DNA of 63,780 nucleotides, counting the filler, from Octopus bimaculoides (Eukaryota), in the NCBI RefSeq assembly GCF_001194135.2. It is 4 parts of 4 records of this genome, joined end to end, with 100 filler letters (N's around TTAATTAATTAA, not from the genome) between each part and the next. Parts side by side here need not be neighbours in the genome. Positions count along the whole stretch, not along the records: positions 1 to 15,269 come from NC_068996.1; positions 15,370 to 37,221 come from NC_068983.1; 2 more parts are not named here. The stretch is one strand, 5' to 3'. Below the pieces are notes generated by a model. The model was not told where the DNA came from. It was given only the letters and a program-made list of their open reading frames with translations, and searched no databases. Each line of letters starts with the position of its first letter. Positions within the stretch are counted from its first letter, which is position 1. The translations under genes were made by a program, and so were the position numbers. Shown one piece after another: positions 13,141 to 27,002 of this stretch.

Positions 13141-13754
13141 ATATCTAGAAGGCATTCTTATGCAGTTGACAACAATGTAGTTGGTGTGTGTGCATGTGTG
13201 CATGTATATGTTTGTGTGGCGTGTGTGAACATATAGACAGGGAAAAGTGTAGAGATTTATGTGACAAAATTTCTTCCTGATTTCCAGCAGGTTACTTTGG
13301 TGCAAATCGTCTTATTCTTGGAGTGTTATCATACTGATTTCGATTTCCATGAAAGCGTCCTGCAGAACTTTTATTTTCTACTCACGTTTTGTGGCTTTTG
13401 TAAACAATTTTTCACAGAAATTTCGTGGATGGAAGATAATCTGTTATATTTGATAATAGTTTTGAATGTATTAACACTCATTGTATAGAGGGCTTATAAT
13501 TTATATATCTGTATGACGAAATTTGAGGAATACACTATTAATATAGCAATAGCACGGTGTATTAAATACCGACTGTCATGCAGAGGGGTGTTTTTTCATG
13601 AAACACAACTTATCAAGAGTAAATCAACAGGGGCCAATCGAGCGGAATATAATTTCAACAAATATAATTTCCAGGTATTAAAACTACTTCCGGAATATTC
13701 TTTCAGTTATGTGTGTATGTATACATATGCATATATTCGTATATGTGTGTTATT

Positions 13755-13982
13755 TCTTTACTACCTACAAGTGGCTACACACAGAGGGGACAAACAAGGA
13801 CAGACAAACGGATTAAGTCGATTATATCAACTCCCAGTGCGTAACTGGTACTTATTTAATCGACCCTGAAAGGATGAAAGGCAAAGTCGACCTCGGCTGA
13901 ATATGAACTCAGAACGTAGCGGCAGACGAAATACTGCTAAGCATTTCGCCCGGCGTGCTAACGTTTCTGCCAGCTCGCCGCG
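13755..13982 (-). mobile_element. tRNA-derived SINE family B
   Basis: Minus-strand ggcgagctggcagaaacgttagcacgccgggcgaaatgcttagc...gagttcatattcagccgaggtcgactttgcctttcatcc. Other copies occur at 27003-27420, 30155-30610, 33950-34100, 35330-35610 and 38383-38560. Confidence 0.8.
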
Positions 13983-14594
13983 TATTGTTGCTGTGTATGT
14001 ACATGTGTATGTGCGCATGTGCATGTATGTTTGCGTTGTGTCTCTGTGTGTATATCTACGCGTCTGTTAAAATATCTGTATAGAATGGTGCGCGCGCAGA
14101 TTTAAGAGGCAAAATTTCATATCTCGTTTCCAGCTTGCTACTTCAGTATAAATACTGCGACTCTCGAGAATGGATCTCTCGACTGTGAGCTCAATTAATA
14201 TTCAAGTCGCAGGTAGAAGTTTTGTTCCACTTATGTTTGGTTTCTATTGTGATATATCTTACATAAAAAATTTCAAGAATAACAGATAAAATGGTATCTT
14301 TAATAATACTTTGTAATCAAATGAATATTACAGTCACACTGAAGATATCCTCAGAAATCCTAAACTACGTACATATATTTTCCAGTAAATATTGGTGCCT
14401 TGTTGTACCACTCATCTGTATTTATATGTATACTTCTATCCTCATGGGGCTTTATTTTAGTGGAAAGCAATACATTTGTATTGCAATATTTTTCCGTCAA
14501 AACTTTTTCACTGTTCCCGGTTCTGTTAATGGCTAAGCGTTCAAGCGAGTATGCTTGGCATTGATGTGGCAACATTTGAAATATTGTCTAGGCA

Positions 14595-14667
14595 AATGCA
14601 GCTGATGAAGACTGATCAGATTTACGTTGTGAAACGTATTTGAAGAGTCAGAAACCGGTCCTGCATT
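14595..14667 (+). ncRNA. Type-I hammerhead ribozyme motif (intact-looking)
   Basis: Stem I AAUGCAG/CUGCAUU (7 bp). Core CUGAUGA 14602-08. Stem II GACU/AGUC, UCAGA/UUUGA and UACGUU-GUGA-AACGUA. GAAA 14651-54, ACCGGU, and predicted GUC cleavage after 14660. Confidence 0.82.
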
Positions 14668-15237
14668 ATCCAAAATCTGGGTTGTCCATTTATCGAATGT
14701 TCTTCCTAGAAGTAAGACAAATTTTTCATGTTTGTTGCACACACACGTCTTTGGCATTATATATACACATTGAAGCTTTATTACAGCATCGTATTTGTAT
14801 CGATTGCTATTTTCCATAATATTTGCATAATATCGAGGTCTCTTTGTGTGTGTATATATATGCGTGTGTATATATATGTGTGTGTGTATTTGCGCACATA
14901 TTTATTTGTATATTTGTATGCGTATCTTCATGTGTCTGTATTTGTATGTATGTTCGTATTAATTTCATGTGTACGTTTTTATGTGTATTTCGCAAGCTGA
15001 ACGACGTATCTAACTTTTGTTAGATGCATATAGGAACGCCAGTTAGTTCAAAGGACCAATGAAGCTTAACTATTTTCAAATGTGTATCTAACTAATTGTA
15101 TTTCTGCATAAACTTTATATTGCTCCATTCTAAACAAAACTGTCCGATGAAGAGGAACTAATAAAGCATATTACTCTATCTCTGATGTTCGAGTTCTATT
15201 TCTTCCACCTTGTTTCGCATTTGTGCGCTTACTCTGG

Positions 15238-15269
<32 letters not shown>

Positions 15270-15369
15270 NNNNNNNNNNNNNNNNNNNNNNNNNNNNNNN
15301 NNNNNNNNNNNNNTTAATTAATTAANNNNNNNNNNNNNNNNNNNNNNNNNNNNNNNNNNNNNNNNNNNN
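15270..15369. other. Artificial scaffold join: 44 N + TTAATTAATTAA + 44 N
   Basis: An identical 100-bp construct occurs three times, and the 12-mer gives stops in all six frames. Confidence 0.85.
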
Positions 15370-15406
<37 letters not shown>

Positions 15407-16128
15407 CATATATATACGCGTACAGACACGCACATATTTCTTTTGTGTGTATATATGTGTGTGTGGAAGGGTGTAAAGTCATCCTCGGCGGAATTTGAAA
15501 CCATAACATGAAGGCAGGTGACATACCGCTAAGTATTAAACAGTTGTTATTCATCTAAAGATCCCAGATCAACTTTGACCAAAGTCCGTGACTAACTTAT
15601 GTTTGACAAAATGCGCGTCAAGAGTAGTATCCTTGGGTTTTTCAAAAGATAGTGGAAGCGATTTGATAGATATTTGTCTCCTATTTCTAGCAGGTCTAAC
15701 ATCTCATGTCGTTTTCGTAGGACATCACTTAGTTACCAAGCGATATGTTGAAAATTAATAATAAATTGTTAAGTGGGGGGCTTTTATATGATATTATGAA
15801 GGATGTTTCAGTAGTTATGTAATTTACTTAATCCGAATTGATCGTTCATGAATAAGAGAATACAACTACCATTATTCTCCGCTCCCCAAACGTTTATAGA
15901 GAATACTAATGCATAAATCGACATGGTATTGGGCAATGAATTGGTAAGTCAACAGTTATGAGACTCATAATAGCATTCTTTAAAAAATTTATCACAGAGA
16001 GCATAAAAGAGTGACAGATTAGGTGTGTACACGCTGAGTGTGCACACGTTTTTGCTTGTTTATGTTTATCTTTAACTTGTTTCCAGTCAGTGGATTGCGC
16101 GCGTGCTCCAGCACCAACTTGAAAAGAT

Positions 16129-16159
<31 letters not shown>

Positions 16160-16188
16160 ATGTCCCTTAACTTACATCCCAGCACTTG

Positions 16189-16220
<32 letters not shown>

Positions 16221-17423
16221 NNNNNNNNNNNNNNNNNNNNNNNNNNNNNNNNNNNNNNNNNNNNNNNNNNNNNNNNNNNNNNNNNNNNNNNNNNNNNNNN
16301 NNNNNNNNNNNNNNNNNNNNNNNNNNNNNNNNNNNNNNNNNNNNNNNNNNNNNNNNNNNNNNNNNNNNNNNNNNNNNNNNNNNNNNNNNNNNNNNNNNNN
16401 NNNNNNNNNNNNNNNNNNNNNNNNNNNNNNNNNNNNNNNNNNNNNNNNNNNNNNNNNNNNNNNNNNNNNNNNNNNNNNNNNNNNNNNNNNNNNNNNNNNN
16501 NNNNNNNNNNNNNNNNNNNNNNNNNNNNNNNNNNNNNNNNNNNNNNNNNNNNNNNNNNNNNNNNNNNNNNNNNNNNNNNNNNNNNNNNNNNNNNNNNNNN
16601 NNNNNNNNNNNNNNNNNNNNNNNNNNNNNNNNNNNNNNNNNNNNNNNNNNNNNNNNNNNNNNNNNNNNNNNNNNNNNNNNNNNNNNNNNNNNNNNNNNNN
16701 NNNNNNNNNNNNNNNNNNNNNNNNNNNNNNNNNNNNNNNNNNNNNNNNNNNNNNNNNNNNNNNNNNNNNNNNNNNNNNNNNNNNNNNNNNNNNNNNNNNN
16801 NNNNNNNNNNNNNNNNNNNNNNNNNNNNNNNNNNNNNNNNNNNNNNNNNNNNNNNNNNNNNNNNNNNNNNNNNNNNNNNNNNNNNNNNNNNNNNNNNNNN
16901 NNNNNNNNNNNNNNNNNNNNNNNNNNNNNNNNNNNNNNNNNNNTATATATATATAGATATATATATATATATATATATATACGTTTAAATATTCGCTTTG
17001 CAAGATTCTTGATGTGAAATCGTGTGTTGAAACAGATATTGTTGTATTTGGAGATGGCCTTGTTGCCAGTTTAGCCAATAAAAACACACGCACTATATAT
17101 ATGGTGTTAAATTACTTCAGCTTTATTTTATTCTTTTAGATTAATCGAATTCCGGACCGGACTGCGTGTTGTATTCTTGAACAAGACACATTATTTCACG
17201 TTGCTCCAGTTCACTCAGCTGTAGAAATGAGTTGCAACGTCGCTGGTGCCAAGCTGTATCGGCCTTTGCCTTTACCTTAGATAACACTGGTGGGTGAAGA
17301 GGGGAGACCGCTATGCATGGGCGACTATTGGTCTTCCATAAACAACCTTGCCCGGACTTGTGCCTAGGAGGGTAACTTTCTAGGTGCAATCCCATGGTCA
17401 GTTTTGACCGAAGAGGGTCTCAG

Positions 17424-17461
<38 letters not shown>

Positions 17462-17822
17462 CATGTCCCTTAACTTACATACTTAAACACATGTATACAT
17501 GCATATATACACAGAGAAGCAGACGCACATATTGACTAAATTAGCTTTGTACATTTTTATTTAGACAGGGAAGACATTAGACATAGTTAATGGTAATCGA
17601 TAATAAATGCAATATCAAATATGACAAGTGTGATATATTTTAGAGCTATAGAGTACCTTTGACGAGTATTTAGAAAAACACCCCATGCCTTTCCTGTTTC
17701 CGATCAGTGTACCATAAATCAGCATGCATGCATGCATACATACATATACGAATATGTACATATAAATATATATATATATATATAAACATATACATATGCT
17801 CATAAACACAGATGCACACACA

Positions 17823-17878
<56 letters not shown>

Positions 17879-17910
17879 CATACATACATACATACATACA
17901 TACGTTACAT

Positions 17911-17963
<53 letters not shown>

Positions 17964-18198
17964 CTGAGGTGTAAAATATTTTTTTCATTCCACACATTAG
18001 AAGTGAAACAACTGGAGTCAAGGTTTACTTAACATTTCGTGATATGAGATACCATCAACGAATGATCAGCTTCATTGACTTCTGGTTGAGAAAATGGTGT
18101 TTGTTACGTTCAGGATATTTCCGCTGGATATTCATAGAGTTAATGAAATAATTACTCTACGGTGCTTGCACACGAACTCATGCTGTTCCTTTACATAT

Positions 18199-18232
<34 letters not shown>

Positions 18233-18509
18233 TCACTTAATCGACCGTCTTAGAAGACGTCATAATGAGCGACTTCAGAACAGATCTGTTGACTCTCACA
18301 CAGAGACTGCTGATGCAGAAGTCAAATCGCTTGTTTGCTATAACCAACTATTTGCACCAGAAATATTTCCCTTGATTTTTATTCCTGACTACAAACAGCA
18401 TTATTGTACATGTTTCTATTTCATTTAACGCAGCTTCACGTGACTCTTTTATATATGTGTAAATGTGTGTGTGTGTGTGCGCGTGCGCGCGGGGTGTACA
18501 TGTGCGCGC

Positions 18510-18546
<37 letters not shown>

Positions 18547-18639
18547 ACACGGGCACACACATATACGCACACGTACATATACATACGTATATGGCAAATG
18601 AAAGACGGAAGATGAAATATGCGATAATTTATTATTAAT

Positions 18640-19345
18640 CACGACAATTGTTTCGACACATCTAGCATCGATTCCTCATGGGTGGGACACTCAACAACTG
18701 ACTCAGGGGCATCCGGCGGTGCATATGTATCTCGTCGGGTGATAAATAAAAACAACTCGTTAAAATTTCGTTCCACAATGTATCTTCCTGTTTTGTAGAA
18801 AGAAAAGCGGCCAGACGGAGGAAATGTCTTCATTTATATAGAAGATAAGAAATAAAATCACAGATGGCAAAAAGAGAAACGAACACGCAATCCAGCGAGA
18901 AAAGTATTAAAAATAACCGTTAACAAATATGGAAGTATAAAGACCCTCGGGCAAGCTGCATGGCGCGAGTACACTCGCTCATACAAGTATCCGCAAAAGT
19001 GTGCAGTCATGATCACAAAGCGAGTTAGCTATCTACTTGGAGTTTGTAAGAATGTGGAGGTTAAAAGTAAACTTAAGTCATCCATGCCTTAAAGTAAATT
19101 AAATTATGTTAGCAGTATTTCAAAATTCATTCCCACTGCATTGTGCGAAAGTACATTTATATGCGTGTAGGCATCTCGAGAGTCGTTCAAAAATTCTATT
19201 AATGATCTTCTCGTTAGTCCACAGAATAGACAGGGTTTCCTCGGAGCAGAGACGGCATCTGGAAATTATATTGTATGGTTTCACGTACCTTACCATGGAC
19301 CAAGTTATGCTGTACTTCATTTTCTCCTCCTTCAGTCGCCATACA
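18640..19345 (-). mobile_element. Penelope-like element 3' end (GIY-YIG C-terminus plus terminal region)
   Basis: SVWRLKEEKMKYSITWSMVRYVKPYNIISRCRLCSEETLSIL...SRCLH. A decayed hammerhead-like ...UGAGGA...GAAAC-AAUU-GUC lies at about 18641-18685. Confidence 0.7.
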
Positions 19346-19459
19346 GAAGCCCGTCGTATGCATATGTGGGTGTGTCTTTGTGTCTGTGTTTGTCCTCCAC
19401 CACCGCTTGACAACCGGTATTGGTGTGTTTACGACCCCATAGCTTATATATAAACATAG

Positions 19460-19580
19460 AACTCAGTCTTTTCTCGATAATTCGCTTGTGTCTTCTCTCA
19501 GTAATTCGCTTCTGTCTTCTCTCGGTAATTCGCTTCTGTCTTCTTTTGATATTCGCTTCTGTTTTCTCTCGATAATTCTT
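19460..19580 (+). repeat. Minisatellite, ~24-bp unit x5
   Basis: tcttctctc(g/a)gtaattcgcttctg repeated with variation. Confidence 0.8.
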
Positions 19581-19942
19581 AATACTTTTGCTACAAGAAT
19601 TGTATGCTCTTGCACCACTTTTCTCATCTGTCTATCTAATTCACTCCGTCTCTATAATACTTCCTCTCTCTTTCTTTCACATTTCTCAGCACAACTCCTA
19701 CTTCCTCCTGCACCATTATTTTATCACGTTATCTATCCCTTCATATCATAGAACACTACCTTCTTCCCATTTTTATTCTTACATGCGCTGTTTATTTCTC
19801 TCACACACTTTGATCACTTCATATATTCCACTTTGCTCAAATGACTGCCGGGATCTCTCTTGCCAGTTAACTACTAATTATCACTGTCTTCTCTCTCTTT
19901 CTCCTTCGCGCCCGCTCTCTCTCACTCAATGTCTCTTGCTCC

Positions 19943-19991
<49 letters not shown>

Positions 19992-22054
19992 TTCTCTCTC
20001 TCTCCCTCTCTTTCTTTCTCTATCTCTCTCCCTCTCTCTCTCTCTCTTTCAATCTCCTATCTGTATATTATATATCTAATCCACCCTTCTTTAAAACATT
20101 TTCTCCTCTAACAGAACAGCCACTGCATTCTCATTTCACATTATAACAGTAACAGAAAAGGGGTAACCAGCCAACAAAGGACATACGACTCAGCATTTTA
20201 TATAGTAAGAATCTGGAACTAAGGCATCTGTAGAAATCTTGAAAGAAATCCAATAAAGCATCTTTCTTTAAAAATCTTCACCTCATCATATATCTGACGG
20301 AGTTGCAATGTGAGTCAAAATGTAAGTCGATTATGGGCGCATGGCAGCCGAAATTTGACATGTACTCACACCTCTCCATCTACTGCACATTGCAATTGAT
20401 TAGACAATAAATTTACATTATGTACGAACAAGAGTGATAATGACACCAGAAATTTACTGTGACGCATTTTACAGACATGTCCAGAGGAAATTCACACCTA
20501 ACATTTATAGAAAACTATCAGTGATATTTGGTCTGTAGTTACTACCGATGGGCAATGTCAGTTCACGAGAAGCTGTACAAGCACGGCAATTCGAATAGCA
20601 GAAAATATTAGAAATGAGATAAGTTGAACGGAACTGTTTAAACGCATGCCCCCTAGTGTGTCAACGTGGACATATGTCATTTGTGATATATCTTTGGATT
20701 TATGTAAATGGTTGCTGCACTGAGTAGAACAGATCAAGTTTTCTAACGAGTCTTTTGCAAACATTATTTTGGAGAACCTTCTTTAATAAGTGCTGTTGTT
20801 GTTATTGCTAGATTACAAATCAACTCTGACCAACAGTCAAAGAAGTTCTACCCATGACAATCCCATCTCTCGTCTGGATGCAGATATCTAAAACTAAAGA
20901 ATCCAATGTACTCTTTTTTCAAGACAGCAGATGTGCCTTAAAGATTTTGCTGCTATTTCTAGCCAGTCGAGTGACTATGTATTGGCTACATCAGTCTGGC
21001 AGTAATAGCTTGGAACATATGAGAACAGGCTTTTCTCCTCCGCACTCATCAATTCTGTCAAGCACCACTTGATGTGAAGGTGAGAACAGAGAAGAAAGCA
21101 AGGGTAGTTCTTGCATATATTTTTTTCTCATAAATTAATTATTAGGACAAGTGACGAGCTGAGAGTGGCTGGATGGCTGAACTTTTCACGTTTCGTTTAA
21201 AGATGGACAATAGAGAGGAGTTCTTTGCATTTACGAAGATAGCAATCAAGGTTTGTAGAGTACCTTGATTCGTTTTATTTGCCTATCTTTTGGGAGGGTA
21301 TAATTTATTTTTCTTATTCATGGTATTGTTCTTCTAACTATATATATGATATTTTATATACAATTCTTTCTCAGCTCAGTCGGGGTTTTTGTTGCATTAT
21401 TTCACCTTTATAAAGTCCCATATATATATATATATATATATATANNNNNNNNNNNNNNNNNNNNNNNNNNNNNNNNNNNNNNNNNNNNNNNNNNNNNNNN
21501 NNNNNNNNNNNNNNNNNNNNNNNNNNNNNNNNNNNNNNNNNNNNNNNNNNNNNNNNNNNNNNNNNNNNNNNNNNNNNNNNNNNNNNNNNNNNNNNNNNNN
21601 NNNNNNNNNNNNNNNNNNNNNNNNNNNNNNNNNNNNNNNNNNNNNNNNNNNNNNNNNNNNNNNNNNNNNNNNNNNNNNNNNNNNNNNNNNNNNNNNNNNN
21701 NNNNNNNNNNNNNNNNNNNNNNNNNNNNNNNNNNNNNNNNNNNNNNNNNNNNNNNNNNNNNNNNNNNNNNNNNNNNNNNNNNNNNNNNNNNNNNNATATA
21801 CGTATAGATGTAAGTATGTACATATACGTATGCATTTATGCATATATATATATATATATCATGTATATTATTTTATGATTGAACGCCACGCATCCTCTTC
21901 CAAGTAAGTTTTATCTAATAATTCTGATGTGCACTCTATACGATCTTTTTACTCTTTCGTTTTTCTCTCTTTCTCTTATTCTTTTATCTCCTCTTCTCCC
22001 ACTATTCTATCCTATTACTCTGTCACTCTCTCTTCCTCACTCCTCCTCCCTTGC

Positions 22055-22620
22055 TCACGTGGCACTCACGTGACCATCGGCCATCTTTCCTTCTTCTCCT
22101 AACTTTTGTTTCTTCCTTTCCGTTGTAGCTGGAACAAGGAAGACGTATTCTTGCTTGTTTCCTGTCCAAGCTTGATTTACGCGTTCGCCACCACAACCTC
22201 GTTTAAACTTAGCAGCCCTTCTTGTTTGTTTTTGCTGTCCTGTTTGTGTTACCAATTTTGACCCTTGATTATGTTATCGAAAGTGGATTTGTGGTGATTG
22301 GAGTGGATGTTAAGATATTTAAGATATTGGTTAGGTTTGCGATAAGGTGAGTATTGGCAGGTTGATAAGATTAGAGTTACGTCTAGAAAGTTAGCAGTTT
22401 TGTGAGAGTTTTCGAATGTGATAAACAGGTTTAAGTTGGAGAAGAATTTATGTAGATCCATTCTAGTTCTTTCCAAAGAGGATTTATTTATGCTTTTGGT
22501 AACTAGTAAGGCGTCGTCCCTGTATAGGACTCCCTTGATGTTAGGGAAATGTATATGGAGCTGGTGAAGTATATATAGTCCAACCAAATCAGTGACCTGA
22601 GCTGAATCAGATGATCCCAT
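22055..22620 (-). mobile_element. Penelope-like reverse transcriptase fragment
   Basis: MGSSDSAQVTDLVGLYIL...LYRDDAL...NFLDVTL...YSPYRKPN..LKYLNIHSNH (PLE RT motifs 4-7 and thumb). Confidence 0.85.
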
Positions 22621-23272
22621 GGTTATGTCGAATAGGTTGCTATGGTTATTGCAAACTAGCGGTTCGGCAAAAGAGACCTATATAATAAATAGTAAGCTTA
22701 CGAAGAAAAAGAGTCCTGGGTCGATTTGTTCGACTAAAGACGGTGCACTAGCATGGCCGCAGTCAAATGACTGAAACAAATAAAAGAAAATAATATATAT
22801 ACTCATATATATATATTCATGTATATATGCATACATGGCCGCAGTGAAAGGACTGAAATAAATACAAGAATAAAAGAAATTATATATATAATCTATATAT
22901 GTACAGATTATATTCTCCTTAACTTTTCTGGAGTTAAATNNNNNNNNNNNNNNNNNNNNNNNNNNNNNNNNNNNNNNNNNNNNNNNNNNNNNNNNNNNNN
23001 NNNNNNNNNNNNNNNNNNNNNNNNNNNNNNNNNNNNNNNNNNNNNNNNNNNNNNNNNNNNNNNNNNNNNNNNNNNNNNNNNNNNNNNNNNNNNNNNNNNN
23101 NNNNNNNNNNNNNNNNNNNNNNNNNNNNNNNNNNNNNNNNNNNNNNNNNNNNNNNNNNNNNNNNNNNNNNNNNNNNNNNNNNNNNNNNNNNNNNNNNNNN
23201 NNNNNNNNNNNNNNNNNNNNNNNNNNNNNNNNNNNNNNNNNNNNNNNNNNNNNNNNNNNNNNNNNNNNNNNN

Positions 23273-23331
<59 letters not shown>

Positions 23332-23595
23332 AGCATTATACATTCAAGATCGTATACCGAGCGATGCATTGTATTTTTGAGCAAAACACTTCATTTCACT
23401 TTGTTCCAGTCCACTCAGCTGGCAAAAATGTGTAATCCTGCGACGGATCAGCCTCCCGTCCATGTGGGGGGAATATATACGCCACGGAAACCTGGAGACC
23501 GGCCCTTATGATCTTGGCATGACTCGAGAAGGAAACATTTATTTTTTACATACATGCATACACGAATTTGTTTCAAGATGGAAGTTTTTACTTAC

Positions 23596-23705
23596 TTTTC
23601 CCATAAAAGGTACCAAATGATGTTCACAGAGGGAGAACATTTCTATATCTTTTACAATAACCATCTCATCATGATCTTCATCAAAAACTGCATCATTTAA
23701 TATAT
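23596..23705 (-). CDS. GCH1: GTP cyclohydrolase I internal exon (equivalent to vertebrate exon 2)
   Basis: atttgtag|AT ATA TTA AAT GAT...ATG GGA AAA|gtaagt. 110 nt. Reads (D)[36 protein letters not shown], near-identical to GCH1 including the Zn-binding CEHH motif. No other GCH1 exon was found. Confidence 0.93.
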
Positions 23706-24697
23706 CTACAAATATTGAAAATAAAAATATAAATAGCGCTTCAGGCAGTATAATATTTAGGCTTCAGAAACATGGAGAAAAGAACACGAAATTGAAATTT
23801 TAAAACCATACATTGTAAGTTGAGACTCTGTTATTAAGTAATATATTTAACCTGTTGCAATACTTAAAAGTTATGTGACAATTTGCTTTAATTTTTGTTT
23901 TGCTTTTTCTTTGTTCTTGTTTTTCCCGTGCGAGGCAAGCCTTTTTCTGTTTGTTTGTATTCTTTTATCCATTGCTATATAGTTTGTGAGTCATCTTTGA
24001 CTGTTTATCTACATACATACAGTTTGTGGACCTCTTCATTAAGTGCTGGATTTATGCATAAGCTGGAGAAGCTAGATTATGGGCCTTTAATCCATATGGG
24101 TCACAAAATGCTGCAAAAGTACATATATAATACGAATGGACAATAACAGCACAATACATGCTACATATGTTCAATAGCATGGCAATTTATTTTTAATGGG
24201 AGCGTTATAGAATTTTAAATTACCTGTCATTTTATCAGATATCTGGCATATTAGCACATGAAAAAAAAAATTTCTCATCAAGTTTTGTGAAGCATTCCAG
24301 TGTAACTTTTCAAAAAGGGATATTAAATTTTACATAGCTCATACCTTTACGGTGTCTAAATTGTCCACTGTCTGTATAAATACATATAACTGAAAACATT
24401 TAATCGTTTGAAACATATAAACTTTTGAAGCACAATAAAAACATCAAAATTATGTTTAATATGGGAATTATCTTTGCAGTTTCAGGGAAATTCAAGAATA
24501 TTCATGCATTATATGAATCTTTTTCAAATAGAGTAAGTCAGAAAATATTTGTCTTATATGCTTAAAACACTTTCTGATTATGATTACTAACAATATCTTA
24601 GTGTATATATACATACATTGTATGTTGATTCATTCACAAACTTCCTTCCAAGAACATTGACTAAAATTTTCTTAAGAAAATACGAAATTATACGAAA

Positions 24698-25192
24698 TTA
24701 TAAACCCAAATCTTCGGCGGTAATGGACTGAACTGAACCGTAACTAATCTGCACATCCTCTGATAACTCACGGATGGTGGTTCGACGATTTCCCCTCATA
24801 AATTCATGTACATCTGCGATGTTTTTCTCAGTTTTGCTAGTTGCGGGTCTCCCAGAACGTTCATCAATATCGACATTTTTTCGGCCATCTTGGAAACCTT
24901 TGAACCACTCGTACACTTATGTGCGACTCATACACTTCTCTCCATACACTTTGCGTAAGACTCTGAGCAGGTATCGTCATGACAACTTTCTCTCTTGTAG
25001 TCAATGCAACGATCACACGCTACAGACGTTCCTTCCAAACACTGCTGTAAAAAGCAGAAGTGGGCTAAAACGTTCAAACTTAGTGCGCATCCATACCAGA
25101 GTTTAAGGTCAATCTGTGCCAAGCAGCTTCACTCTGCGTGCATTAGCTTCGTTACTATAGCAACAGTCCGGATACTTATTGATCAGACCTCG
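24698..25192 (-). mobile_element. Truncated mariner transposon (5' TIR plus transposase N-terminus)
   Basis: TA|CGAGGTCTGATCAATAAGTATCCGGACTGTTG TIR. YEWFKGFQDGRKNVDIDERSGRP...NRRTTIRELSEDVQISYGSVQSI is a mariner HTH region. Confidence 0.88.
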
Positions 25193-25637
25193 TAAGACAA
25201 GGCATAAATAATAATCAATACACATTTTATTTATTGCAGGAAAGTTGACTTGACTTACAGCTGTTTCAAGTAGTTAACTTAATCTGACCATTGATAGGTT
25301 GAGAAAAATTGAACGACCTAGAAAATTAATGCTACTTTGGTCCGAGTCATTTTGTTCTGGTAATAACCAAGCAGAACACGTAAGGTCATGTTAGAGCAAC
25401 GCCTAGAAGGGGTTTTAGCCAATCACATCAACCCTGGACTTATTTTTAAAGTTTGGTATATATTTTAGCGATCACTTATTGCAGCAGCTGTAGGTTACGA
25501 GACATAAACTCAGACAACAATCTTTTGCGACAATATCAACGCAAACACTGACGCAGAGAAAGACACATACAAACATACACGCGTGCACATATGCAGACAT
25601 GCAGTCATGGATGCATAGATACATAGTTACACGTGCC

Positions 25638-25672
<35 letters not shown>

Positions 25673-27002
25673 GCATGCTGATATATGAGCGACGTTGGAC
25701 TCCTCATTTACATAATCATCGAACCTAGAGCTTAACTATAGTCTGCCCATAGCACTTACTCAACATTACCTGACGCCTTTGGATCTTCTTGACAGCATTA
25801 CCTCTCATAGCCTATATATATATATANNNNNNNNNNNNNNNNNNNNNNNNNNNNNNNNNNNNNNNNNNNNNNNNNNNNNNNNNNNNNNNNNNNNNNNNNN
25901 NNNNNNNNNNNNNNNNNNNNNNNNNNNNNNNNNNNNNNNNNNNNNNNNNNNNNNNNNNNNNNNNNNNNNNNNNNNNNNNNNNNNNNNNNNNNNNNNNNNN
26001 NNNNNNNNNNNNNNNNNNNNNNNNNNNNNNNNNNNNNNNNNNNNNNNNNNNNNNNNNNNNNNNNNNNNNNNNNNNNNNNNNNNNNNNNNNNNNNNNNNNN
26101 NNNNNNNNNNNNNNNNNNGGGTCAATGGGGATTGAATGGATTCGTGACTTTAGGAATGCCACTTTCTATTCTGTTAAAACTTTTTAATTCAAATGTTTTG
26201 CATTATTGCTGCTTTTAAGCAAGAACCTACAGTTGCGATGATGTTCTTTGATCAATAAAACCCAGCGAGTAGGCTTTTACGTGGATTGTTGATCTGCTAG
26301 AAATAGCAGCTAAATCTTGCTGAAATAATAACGTGTCTTAGAAAGAAAGACGATGACTAGTTCACAGTTGGAATATCTTTGACCTTAATCATGACTGACA
26401 CCATCATCAGCAGCAGCAGTGGGAATATTGTCGCTAAATGTAGAATGGTATCTATATTTAGCGACAATGTAAAAAAAAATCAAGCGCATGATCCATCAAG
26501 ATAATCAAACGAACGAAAAATATTCGGTTGAAAACAACTTCCTACATCAATGAAGTATTAAAATTTCTAAACGACCGATTTTAAAAGCCACTAAGGAACT
26601 GGACTTTATTTTTCTACATAACACACGCACGTGCGAGCACACAAGATCCTCATCTTGTTTGTCTCTCACTCTTTTTGTCATTAAAGTAAAGCATCAGACA
26701 TGTTCAGTTTATATCCAGAGAAAACCTGAAACTGCTGTTTTTGGTCCCTATGGTTTAATAAAAGGCATTTTCAATGAAAGATGTCATTTTGAATTTGTGG
26801 TGGGTAATGACATAAAAGCGGGAAGATTCCAGTGAGTTTAAAATGGAAACTGGATTTTTTCCCCGGCTATGCCTATTTCCCTTCAATAATGTCGTTGGAG
26901 CCTCTCCGGAAATTAACAGGTCTGATCCCATCTTCTTAATTGATGGTTTCAAGAATCGATTCGCGTTGCAGACACCTTGGACAATTATCATTTTAAGAAA
27001 TA

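Noticed and set aside
26427-26468. 13-bp perfect hairpin (attgtcgctaaat/atttagcgacaat); a similar small hairpin at 6065-6107
   Set aside because: Too short for a pre-miRNA and with no TSD, partner or conserved motif to support a function.
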